The notes beneath the pieces are model-generated. The model made no database searches and was not told where the DNA came from. It saw only the letters and a program-made list of their open reading frames with translations. Shown here piece by piece: positions 41,701-53,100 of a stretch of 64,000 nucleotides of DNA. The stretch lies in contig NC_092672.1 in the NCBI RefSeq assembly GCF_964355755.1, positions 8,990,001-9,054,000 of the forward strand, given 5' to 3'. Source of the DNA: Antedon mediterranea. Lineage: Eukaryota > Animalia > Echinodermata. Position 1 is the stretch's first letter, and every line of letters starts with the position of its first letter. Made by a program: the position numbers and the translations under genes.

Positions 41701-42630
41701 TTTCTAAGCAGTGGAGTGCGAGAGAAAGGTATGCTAGTGATTTTGGTTTGGAATTCACTATGGACTTGGATGCAAAAGTTAAAGCTACATTGGTAGGAGC
41801 TTTATTCCTTATAGTAAGTTGGAAACAAATATTATTGTTGAACACTAAAATATTATGAGAATTATTGTATATCTTGATCGCTTTCAGTATAATAATTCTT
41901 GTACTGCCCAGAGGTGTAACTTATTTTGTCTATTTACATGATCGGACCGTAACTTTGTAGTTACCATACTTGCCAATTACAGGGTCCCAGGTTAAATTCC
42001 AGCTTTGTTGCAGCAAGGCAATCTAACAACAGGACACTCGAGCTCGCTTTGCCAGGATAGGAACTCATAACAGTCCTTTGATCTTATGTCTGGCTGCGAC
42101 AAATACCAACAGTACTACTATGTACATATTCTCTTTTATTATCTGATTGTGTCTCAAGTCACAGATAAACCCTTTGATCTCCAGAGCTAATCATCCGCAG
42201 TCTTGCTTGCAGTATACCTGGATTTTTCTACTGCTAAAAGTTTTACCCAGTCTTTTAATTGGCTAGTGGTGGCTGAAATTGAATGAAATTACAGTTAATA
42301 CCTTAAATTACGTCGTGAGGCGGTTTCCCGAATGATCGTAAAATCAAAACGGTACTTCTATCAACTAAAAGTCGTAGTTAGTCATGTCTCGGGTCACATC
42401 CTATGGTCACCGTACAGATAGGCTACTACATCAGTACTTCTATGAATGGATGACTAGCGACAATAACGCTAGTTGGGTCATACCCAGTACCGTTTTGATT
42501 TTACGATCATTCGGGAAACCGCCTCACGAGATTTTATGGACTGTATTAGAATTCAATCATTAAAAATAAATTTACCTTTTTATTCCAGGAGTTTATGTTC
42601 TTTGAACAAAGAAAAAATCGTCGTCGTTAG
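32764..42630 (+). CDS. PLSCR: Phospholipid scramblase paralogue 2, 348 aa, divergent but open frame
   Basis: Exons 32764-33078, 33319-33454, 33723-33800, 37846-37919, 40571-40701, 41263-41383, 41664-41813 and 42589-42630. Intron phases match paralogue 1. 1047 nt, no internal stop, ending [13 protein letters not shown]. Confidence 0.88.
33865..33883. mobile_element. 19-bp palindromic mini-insertion with 7-bp TSD (P-element-like scar)
   Basis: ATGCAAC-CAGGGAGATAATCTCCCTG-ATGCAAC. Confidence 0.6.
34980..34999. mobile_element. 20-bp perfect palindrome with 7-bp TSD (P-element-like scar)
   Basis: CTGTAGG-CATGGAGGTATACCTCCATG-CTGTAGG. Confidence 0.6.
35501..36453. mobile_element. MITE with ~140-bp TIRs nested in the hAT5-like element
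   Basis: 35501-35640 is a near-perfect reverse complement of ~36315-36453. No clear TSD. Confidence 0.75.
37303..37460 (-). pseudogene. KolX-like (Kolobok accessory) first-exon relic
   Basis: [21 protein letters not shown]-acidic tract-REGN*TW followed by a GTATGT donor. Resembles, from memory, the PYxFEP..GNxxWC N-terminus of KolX. Has a premature TGA. Confidence 0.55.
38522..39550 (-). CDS. DIRS tyrosine recombinase (phage-integrase fold), ~342 aa, open
   Basis: [12 protein letters not shown] (N-terminal domain), [21 protein letters not shown] (R), AKSQ (K), CPVRAL, HQVR (HxxR), W..STFTSHY (catalytic Y). Confidence 0.85.
   Translation of the reverse strand: MAIVRDRFRDSGIPDGPAALAAKSRRESTLAVYNSRLKHFFKWCKRQKTDPMKVTLGQVCAFLHYLFESGLQIRTVSGYRSALGAVIPNFEDGSTISSSPAISSLLRGMFRERPPTKALIPRWDVNVVLAALMRPPFEPLSRASLYNLSLKTAFLIALASCKRRGELHALSLEPGHIRFERGGARLVFRKDFLAKSQTLNFSPPTVFIPTIAAYSGVEEDRLWCPVRALKFYIKRTESIRVSASHLFISTVSPFRPAARSTLANWVVAAIRAGYDSTDTPPPAHMHQVRGIAASWALFAGVPLPDILQAAWWRSQSTFTSHYLSDTSANQSTVAASILKPRH
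39530..40460 (-). pseudogene. Frameshifted DIRS RNase H plus DNA adenine methyltransferase-like domain
   Basis: [27 protein letters not shown] and [15 protein letters not shown] lie in three different frames. A further frameshift leads to [29 protein letters not shown]. Confidence 0.82.
40968..41146. mobile_element. Harbinger/PIF-like MITE, full copy
   Basis: TIR AGCTTGGTTCCCACTAGAACGTAACGCAAGGACGTAAA and its reverse complement, with TTA/TAT flanks. Confidence 0.8.
42014..42205. mobile_element. P-like MITE, degenerate copy of 54717-54944
   Basis: Starts CAAGGCAATCTAACAACAGGACACT and shares the internal sequence. Flanks GTTGCAG/CTTGCAG. Confidence 0.65.
42313..42529. mobile_element. Small inverted-repeat element (MITE-like)
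   Basis: TCGTGAGGCGGTTTCCCGAATGATCGTAAAATCAAAACGGTACT with a perfect reverse complement ending at 42529. No TSD seen. Confidence 0.7.
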
Positions 42631-43250
42631 ATATCAAGATGTTCTTTCGATTTTCTGCCAATAACGCATTACATTATACACAGTAACATTGTAAAATTAT
42701 ATATTTAACGAGATCCAGTACCAATTCCCAAAAAAGTATCTACAATAGATGTTGTCCATATGGATAAAACATAATATTGTAGTATTACTAATATAAATAT
42801 TGGGTTAGATACTAAAATTGTAAGTTTCTATGTAAAGTAATAAATGTTGTGTTTAGTTAAAGATACCAGATCTCATTACTGTACATTTTAAATCTCATCA
42901 ATGATATATGTTTCATCTGTTATATTTTCACTAAACATGGTTCCACTTATAAAGTATCTTGATTAATAATCCCAAAATAATTTTAATTTATTTGAAAATA
43001 ATTCAGTTCTGTTTTTGTTTTATTTTGTATATTCAAAACAATTTACAAAAGACAATACATGACAGTAAAGGCTTTTGCAATATGGCCTTCCTTGACAATC
43101 ATTATATAATGAGGAATAGTTTGGGAGTAGTTTTCCCTGAATAGATAGTTGTCTTCGGTCGTTGTTGTGCGGATGCGAAAATAAAAATATTCTGTATACT
43201 TTCGTTTCGTTTCATATTTTTGTTTGCGTACATTTTTTGTTTGTTTGATT

Positions 43251-43870
43251 CATTCCTTTACACATTAAAAAATAAACATATTCTGTGATTCCATAGCGAC
43301 CAGTAATCAACTATGGTATAACCATGATATTATTATTCAAGACCATTAAAAAACGGCATAAAAATACAGCAAGTTGTTGTTGATCCATTCCTTCACACAT
43401 TAAAAAATAAAAATATTCTGTGTTAACCATAGCGACCAGTAATCAACTATGGTATAACCATGATATTATCATTCAAGACCATTAAAAAACGGCATAAAAA
43501 TACAGCAAGTTGTTGTTGATCCATTCCTTCACACATTAAAAAATAAACATATTCTGTGATTTCATAGCGACCAGTAATCAACTATGGTATAACCATGATA
43601 TTATTATTCAAGACCATTAAAAAACGGCATAAAAATACAGCAAGTTGTTGTTGATCCATTCCTTCACACATTAAAAAATAAACATATTCTGAGTTAACCA
43701 TAGCGACCAGTAATCAACTATGGTATAGCCATATTGATATTCAAGACGACCATTAAAAAATGGCATAAAAATACAGTAAGTTGTTGATCCATTCCTTCAC
43801 ACATTAAATAATTAACATATTATGTGTTAACAAAGCGACCAGTAATTGACCATGGTACAGCCATGATATT
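43251..43870. repeat. ~135-bp tandem repeat, ~4.5 copies, between the convergent PLSCR-2 and BMS1 3' ends
   Basis: CATTCCTTYACACATTAAAA recurs at 43251, 43386, 43522, 43657 and 43790. Confidence 0.92.
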
Positions 43871-44151
43871 AATATTGAAGAAGAGACATTTAAAAAACAG
43901 GGTTAAAGCATTAACAATTCCAGTGACTCAAATACAGTGTGGAATATTAGATGCATGAATTACTTGAAGAAGAAACCAGTTACAATGGTGAGAGATAGGA
44001 ACAGAACATTAAAAACCCCGATTTAAAAACAAAAGGTCTCAAAACTCCAAAATCCATAGTGCTAGACAGTATGTGAAAAGACACTTTGTTTCATCACCAT
44101 GGAAATATTTGGCTTGAATATCCACATTTTTCATTTCGCACAATAATGATA

Positions 44152-47100
44152 TTATTTTGGTTTCTTCTTCATCTTTCCTAAAAGTTTATAGATTTCTCGT
44201 TTTGCTTTCTTCTGTCTTTCATCTTTCTTCTCTTCTAAAACAGACATCTTAAAAAAAAAGTTTTAAAAAGACCTTTATTATTTGTTTTCTTAAATTGTTT
44301 AAATAATAACCCAAAAAATCAGGTCAAATTGGGATAGATAGATACATAAAACTATTTTCTTTATGCTACGAGTCTTTCCTAATGTGCAAATACAATATCT
44401 TCATATAGAGTAGAGGAAAAATGTTTTTGTGTCTAGCGCATGATACTAATATCTAATCACTGTATATTTTTTAACGGTTAGTAACTAGTAACTAATATAA
44501 GCCTAGTACCCTAGCCTAGTACCCTAGCCTATCTAGGTAGCATAAATGATTCGCTTACCTACACCTATATCATGAGTGAGCCACCAAATAAAATGCCAAA
44601 GGACAAGGAACATTATAGGTGCATTTGCATGGATTTGTAGAGAAGCTATCTCACATAGAACAGATGTAATGCTTGTCTTCATGTCATTCATAAAGTTTTG
44701 CTTTGGCCAAGCGAAATTATTTTATTATAAAGTTATTGCTGCTAGGCATAATAGCAGTTGTAGCCCAGCCTTTATTTGTGATGGGCATAAGACAGAGGGC
44801 ATACAAATCTTAGTTGTTGAATATCTCAACTGGATAATTCTTTGCTACAGTCAACTCTCCCAATACCGGACACCCTTGGGCGGGCATATATTTTCCGGTT
44901 TTTCGAAAGTCCGGTTTCCTGAAAACATATTTTTAAAGTCATCACGTTGTCACCGAATGCTGCCCGGTACGGTCTCCTAGCGTAGGGAAGGCCTAGGCTA
45001 GGCTATGATTGTGTCAATCTAGTTTTAATTAAATAAATACTGATAGGCCCTAGGCCTACTTTATTAATATTAAGCTACAGTAATTCAATTTACCTTTTTT
45101 AAAAGTTACATTATTTACTGTACCAATAAAACATGTTACAATAGTAAATTATTGTTTCTCAATGTGTTTTTAACGGCAAAAAGGCCTACGTACGTACGTA
45201 CGGTGAACATAATTTCGGTCTGTTTATTGTTTTTCGTGAGCTAGCTAGCAGCAGCAGCATGGGTGAGGGCTTTGATTGATGCGCATGTGCAGAGGTGTCA
45301 TAATCAAATAAAAACGCCCACACCTAGACCACATGTTTTTTAAGCTCCTTTATTTTGACGTAATTTGATAGCAATGATGAAAATTGATTAGGTAAACGAG
45401 CCAAGCAATAATGACACAATAATTAATTGGTAACATTTCAAAGTTTATTAACACTAGTTAAGTCAAGTTCATTCCGTTTACGTTTTGCCATAATGATTTC
45501 CAAATTTATAATGATGCACATTTTTAGTCCCGTTTTTAGTGAAACATTCCTTTTTAAAGTCCTATTGCAATTGTGAATTTAACAATAATTTAACAAAACA
45601 AAGACACAGGAATGTAAATTTAACTTTATTAAAAAACAATTCATATGCTAAAAAACAGGGAGTTGTTAACAACTCCCTGCTAAAAACAATAGACATTAAG
45701 ACATAGCGCTTCGATGTGAAAAAGCCCACCGCAGTTCGATACGCAACAAAGCAATTGCCGCCTCGTGGGTTAACAATGAACTGACCTGTCAATCACAGTG
45801 TAGTGCTCCATGGCAACATTATTTGATCGTACCGCGAAACGTCGCGCACTTCATGCATGGTGAGGGTATGGTTAAAAGCTTTTGTACATTGTGAATGTAG
45901 TGAATCCGAGTCAGCGACGACGATGTTACGTTGTTTTCGTAAATATTTGGAGTTTTTTAACCGTCAGTCCGGTTTTCAGACGCTAATTTTCGTGTTTTGT
46001 ACTTCATAATTTGTCCGGATTCCGGAATTGGGTATTCCGGTTTTCATAATAAATTACAGTACATTTAGAATAGGGACAAATTGGGCCCTCCAAAAAAGTC
46101 CGGTTTTTCGTGAATTCCGGTTTTGGGAGAGTCCGGTATTGGGAGAGTTGACTGTATTAAAATTGATGTGACAAACCATATGGCATTGTCTTTTTGGCAA
46201 AGACAGTGATAGATATGGCATGCTATGTTCGTCAAAATATTTACTTAACTTACCTTCTTTTTATGTTCTTCTACCCTGGCTGCCATTCGGCTTCTCTCTT
46301 GACGTTTCCTTTCATTGTAGAGTGTAGTCATTTGATGTACCAGTGCTGCAGCCTTTAGTATTAAAAATGGGGATTTTTTGTTAAGCATGGCTAGCAAGAG
46401 TTAACAATAATTTGTTGTTTTTTATTTTATCGCTCCTAGAAAATTGTGGATGTGAGATTAGGGCATGCAAAGTTTAAACTGGACAGTGCTTAGTTTGAAT
46501 TTTCCCTCATCCAACGCTTACCGTCTTAAACTTCCTGAAAACCAATGAAAGCGAACAAACGCTAGCCATGTATGGCTCTCATTTTAGTATCTCACCTGTC
46601 TCTCCTCTGGCTCTCTAACTACAGCTCTCATTCTGCTAATTGCATTCTTTTTACGTTTGAATTTCTCTTGTGGTTTGTCCTTGAAAGGCAGCGCCCTCTG
46701 TAACTCTCTTGGAATACGCAACTCTCTAAACACCTTTGGTTTTCTTTCAATTGGCTGAAGTAAAGACATCAATATAATTATATTAAAAAATAATCAATTT
46801 TGTTTACAATTTTTTTATTTTTATTTTTAAAACCAGAAACAGCAGCAAAAACAAATTCGCCACTTACAGCTTGGTTTAACAGATACAAATAAGCAACATT
46901 TAATTTTATTTCAGACTGTTATTGTCTTTAAAAAATACTGGCAGAAATGTTGCATATCGTAAAACCTAGAAAAGAAGCCCATATACATTAGAGCGCGAAT
47001 AAAATGATTTCTAAGTCACCACTTAGAAATTAATAAATCGATCACTGTAGCGCCGATTTTCAGGGATCCCACAAAATAAATACTTATTATGAACAATTTC

Positions 47101-50100
47101 ATGTGCAGTTTTATTGGAAAATAAAGAGTATGGGGTTCGCCCCACCGCTACAGCAAACAACAGGATCATCAAGATAATTCTGCAACTACTTTGTTCCAAC
47201 AATGCGCAATAGACTTTCACATTGTTCAGCAAAACCATGTCAGCCTTATTACATAATATTGTTTGCTGGAGCGAACCATACTCCTTACCTTCCAGCCTGG
47301 TGTTAGCAATAAAACCGCACCACAGTTTTTAATGAAATTTTACATAAAAGGTCTTCACAATTTGATAATTGAATTTTTGTACTCATTGCGTTGGATCTCT
47401 TGAAATCAGAACCTAATGGTAACCAATGCAAATAATTGTTTGATCAGTTAGCAATCTCAGCTGAATAATAATGTCCACATAAATATTCAGTCCTATCAAC
47501 TTTATTTTTTAAACATCATTGATTGCATATGATCAAACAATTAAACAGTCTTGACTTTCACATTGTATCAAATAAGGGTGCAGAGAATGTGAAATGGAGA
47601 TAGCTTACTTTGTATAATGAATCCTTATTGAATGGTACAGCCACGTTGTTGTCTTTCCTTAATTGTCCTACAGTTCTCATCCCCGTCCAATTGTCCTTCT
47701 CGCCCTTTGGTAGTAACAGTGTCTGTACCGGGTTGTAAAACTTTGGCATGAATACTGGTATCCAACCACGCAGGAACACAATGTCTACAAAAAAGTTCAT
47801 AATACATAAAAACATCTTTTTGTTCAGAAATGTTACTTTATACCTCTCTCTCCAATTTCAGAAAATATTGTTTTTCATTCGTGCATACCTCACAATGAAT
47901 GTGATAAAATTATAATCTGTATGCAGTCAACCCTTCGAATACTGAACTCTTTAAAAACCAGAAACCCTCCCAAAACCAGACTTTTCTTAAGGTCCAAAAG
48001 GTCCCAAATTATTTTTACCATTAAAAACACATTCCGAATACCAGACTTTCCTGAAAACCAGACATATTAGGCCAGCCCAAAGGTGTAGGTATTGGGAGAG
48101 TTGACTGTATTAAGGCTTTAACATGGTTTAAATAATAATAACTGAATTAAAGCACTATTAATGGAAAACTTCAATACTATTGCATACCACTTTTAAGAAT
48201 TTTGTCTTCAAATGAAGCACGGAAAGCGCCCTCAGGTGTCTTTATAGCTTTCTTGATCTGCCCTCTAATGCCGCTAACCGTTTTGACTGAAGCACCCTCA
48301 AATCTTGCCACCTCTAATGTTGTGTTAAACATTCCCTAAAGAAAATAAAAATTTGAAAATTAGAAAAAACTAGAGATAATATGTTGAATAGATCATGAAT
48401 CCAGTCCGAATTTTGTGACATTTGACCCTAAGATTTAAACACTATAAATTTTAGAGCCTGTTCGGACGGAACAAATTTACACTTGTAATGGTTGCATGTG
48501 GTGTAAATTTTGAGATAAACTTGCTGTTTAAAAAATCCACCTATAAGGGGGATTTTTCAATTACACCTTAAACCGCAAGCTGATTAACCGCAAGATAAGG
48601 AGCAATTTTACCATAATAGTGTAAAAAGATGCATGAAATATGACCCTGCTGGGTATTTTTCGTTAGTTTACACGTGTAAATTGTTCATCATCCGATCGAG
48701 CACTGATAACACATATAAAGTTTTAACGTCCAAACACAGCTTTATATAATTCTATGAATTTAATTAGAAAAGCTTACTGGCTAATTATTGTAATCTACCC
48801 AGTTACAGACACTATGAGATATATTGGGTGGGACCAACCCAATTTTAACTTACTTTCAAAAATCCTAGGACAACAATAAGACTAATTAATAACCAACCTT
48901 AATAAATGCAGTGTTCTTGTGAATCTTGATTGGTGTACCAATCAGTTTCAACTTCTTTACAATGTGTAGTGATTTGTCAATGTCGGTGACAGCTCCAGTC
49001 GCAGCTATACGAAAGCCAGGCTAGAACAAATACAGATTCATCAAAAGGTTGAAATAGTATATTAGTTAAAGGGGATATCAAAGATTACACATTTTGAGAC
49101 ACCTATTGATGGTATAGTAGACTGGGGTTTCCCTCTAATCATTTAAAAACACGAGTCGGAATTTTCAAAGTGCGCACAAGCTAATTTTGTACAAGAAAAG
49201 GTTTTTCTACCGGCAAAACCGTGTCAGCCTTATTACATAATGTTGTTTGCTGGGGCAAACCCCATACTCCTTATCTTCCAGCCTGGTGCTAGCAATAAAA
49301 CCGCATGACCACAGTTTTTAATGAAATTTTACATAAAAGGGCTTCAAAATTTGGTAATTGAATGTTTGTACTCATTGCGTTGGATCCCTAAAAATCAGAA
49401 TCTAATGGTAACCAATGCAAATAATTGATCTGTTAGCAATCTCAGCTGAATAATAATGTCCACATAAATATTCAGTCCTATCAACTTTTTTTTTTAAACA
49501 TCATTGATTGCATATGATAAGACAATTGTACAGTCTTGATTGTCAGGTCTGTTTACATACCATTCTACCAGCAACTGTTTGTAATGCCAAGAAACCTGTT
49601 CCTTGCGGGGTGATTGGTCCTGTGAAGTGCAAATAATTGGAAAATAGAAATAGTAATTTATTTTATTATTTACATATTTTTATTTATCTTATCTTAAATA
49701 AATTATCTTAAAAGATTTTCTTTTTCAAACTTGTTGAATATTCCATTTTAATATCACATAATAGTTATCCACTGTGACCAAAAACTGGATGAAAAAAAAA
49801 AATATTTACCTGAAAAAAAAAGTAATTTAAAGATAATGGATTTTGGTTTTAACATTTTTTTTTCTTTTGTCTCTTTATAAATGAACTGATGATTTAATAG
49901 ACATGTATATTTATTAAAACTGCAAAATTACCTATTTAAACTCTAATTTTATTAAACTTCATTTTTCATGTTTTTGGGGGACAATACATCTTTAAATAAT
50001 TTATGTACTCTACATCATGTGTTTTATTTTTTGACTCATTAAAAAAATCATTAATATATAAAATCTGTTGTTGTTTTTGGAGTTCCTAATTATGAAATAG

Positions 50101-53100
50101 TATTTATTATTTGTTTGTTTTGAGGTGTGTATTCATTACAAGCTATGTTTTCATTTAGGCTCCTCCACTGTATTTAAGTTATAAGTAAAGTGAAATAAAT
50201 GAAATAAAAATGATGTATTTTTTGATAGAAAAGTGAACATTGCTCGTAGTGGGGCTATGTTGTATTTTATAGAATTATACAGGGTGGCCCCATGGAGAAT
50301 TGTGCTGAGTAGTGTTTAGAAAGGAATAAATACTTCATTTTCTACCAGTCTCAGGTTAACGAGATAAGCCTCAATGAATGCAATTTACATTCTAGGTTTT
50401 AATGTTTTTTCTCATTGACTGAAAGAATATCAAATTTAAGAAATTGCATTGTGCTAGTCGCCCACCCACTGAATGCAGATGGGGTTATTTTTTAGGACTG
50501 GCTGTATAGTAAATATATTACCCATCTCCAAATAGACATTGTCCTATACAATATGCTAGTCGCCCACCCACTGAATGCAGATGGGGTTATTTTTTAGGAC
50601 TGGGTGTAGTAAATATATTACCCATCTCCAAATAGACATTGTCCAGCCTATACAATATATTACCCATCTCCAAATAGACATTGTCCTATACAATATGCTA
50701 GTCGCCCACCCACTGAATGCAGATAGGGTTATTTTTTAGGACTAGCTGTATAGTAAATATATTACCCATCTCCAAATAAAGACATTGTCCTATACAATAT
50801 GCTAGTCGCCCACCCACTGAATGCAGATGAGGTTATTTTTTAGGACTAGCTGTATATTAAATATATTACCCATCTCCAAATAGACATTGTCCTATACAAT
50901 ATAAAAGTAGCTGTAGTAAATAGGCAAGAAACATACCCCAGATGGTTGCCATGCAGTGCATATGTTCAGGGGTGTACTTCAACAAACGCCGTCGACCGTT
51001 GTGATCCTCGATTGAAAATAATGGAATAGTCTGAAAACGACGCCATCCTAATGAGAAAATTAAAGGGTCACGAGTCTTGAGAATCTTTGGATACCAACGA
51101 TGTTTCTTTATTCGCATCTGTAAGAGGAAGACATTTTAAAAATGTGTTTAAAACAACAAATATCTACATTACTTCATGGAATTTTCTTAAAGGGAGATTA
51201 CAGGTTACATTTCATATTAAACAATAAGAAATTCTAAACCTTAACTTCCCCTTCAAATAAACATTCATATATTAAATAAATAAATATTTCTAGTCTATCT
51301 CAGCTGAGTAAGGATGTCTACACTGTAAAAAAATTGACATCTTCAGTCCTATCAACTTTTAATAAACATCATCGATAGACTAGTAATTATAATTTCAAAG
51401 TTCAAAGTTCATTTTAATTAATTTATTAAATTTTTTTTAATTGTTATTTTATTCAATTTTCAGGCACAAATAACAATGTCTAAACATGACAGCGGTGCAG
51501 TACCCTGAGGATTGCCATGAGTGCTAAACACTATCGAATTGGCTCTCCATACTGCACTTTAAACATAAAAAAGTGAAACAATAAAAATACCTGTACATAG
51601 CCAATATTCTCCTCACTACTTAGTAGTCCACCAATGACCATGGGATATGCAGGATCAAAATTGTTCACAAATTCACATGGCATGTTAGCCACCTAAAAGT
51701 GGTAATTACAAAATTAGATTATTCTGACTTTTACAAGGACAAGCCAAGGAAAGCGAACTTGATGCTGAAATTAGTCTCAGGTTAACGAGATAAGCTCCAT
51801 TGATGGTTGTTAATACAAAGTCAGGTTTAACTTTTTTGTTCATCATTGACTAATTACAACATAAAGATATTCTTTTTTTTCCACAGCTATTTACATGTAT
51901 ACGCAAATTTACTTTTAGGTGCAGTTGTCAATATTGAAATTGTTGAAATAGTCAAGGAGGGAGACCGGCCAAGAAATGGTTAGACTGTGTGAAGGCAGAC
52001 TGCACATCAAGAAACCAAGGATCCCTAACAAGTGCAACTAGAACATCACAAGATAGGAGGATCTGGCAAGAGGTTGTGAAACAGAAGCCATCACAAGTCT
52101 CTCAGACGGTGTGGACGGCTTAGGTCAAGGTAGGTCATTTACATGTTTGATATTTATTAAAATATTTTTGTTTAAATAATTAACATGAATATTGTAATTG
52201 TGGAAAAAAGTGTACAAAGTGAAAATGTGAATATAGGATGTAATACTCACCTCAACACGCACATACATTCCTGGCCGAAAGCCTTCGTACTGTGTTCTAA
52301 TATCATCATCCATATCTTCAAACTCTTTGCGATTCAACTGCAAACAAAACAAATAAATCTTGAAAAATTGTTGGGATGTTTTTGATTTCTGATGCGAGCT
52401 AGACAGATTTTTTTCTTACTTATTCGATGTTAATTTGTGGGAATACTTTACTCTTTGTAAAACTTCACTTGAAGTACACTACAGTAGGAAATGCCATTTT
52501 CAATATAGTATCTTATAACTTAGGCATCACGCTTGCAATATGATTGTTTTCCGCTTACCTCATTCTTTATTATGCTAATTATTGCCTTATTTATATACAA
52601 CTGTGTTTATTTATATACAACTGTGTAGTAGGTAAATAATTACTGATTGATTGATTACAGTTCTGATGATGAGTATAGAAATCTCGAAACACGTCACGTA
52701 AATTTTAAGATGCATTTTCATGAAATGCTTTATGATATTGATTCTCACTCGTAATTGGTGGTATTATACATGTTAGTATATTCAAGCCATTATGAGGTTA
52801 ATCAATTCAAGAAATCATTTATGAGAGTACAGTTAAGGCCATTTTACAGCAGGGAACAAAAATATGCAAACCATGTTATTTCTGATGACCATTTACACAG
52901 AATGTGGAACGACCGGGCAGTTGAAATGAAACCTGCTCAGGATAGATACAGATCATACGTATGACAAGCTAGGTATTTTTCTGCTCATCTGTGTAAATTT
53001 GCCTTTTTACTGCCATATTTACAATACTACATTTAAAGTACTCCTCTCAATAGAAATAGCAATGTTGTATAATGTACACACCTCTGCTTGTTGGTTCATC

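Noticed and set aside
43251-43870. Regularly spaced repeats resembling a CRISPR array
   Set aside because: Whole ~135-bp units repeat with no unique spacers, there are no cas genes, and the context is eukaryotic.
47229-47450. Possible H/ACA snoRNA in the duplicated flank, including a 9-nt match to 28S GCGUUGGAU
   Set aside because: No H box is conserved between the two copies. The segment is better explained as one arm of an inverted-repeat element, and a 9-nt match can be chance.
50445-50555. H/ACA-like hairpin ending in ACA in the first 100-bp repeat unit
   Set aside because: No ANANNA hinge and no identifiable rRNA target.
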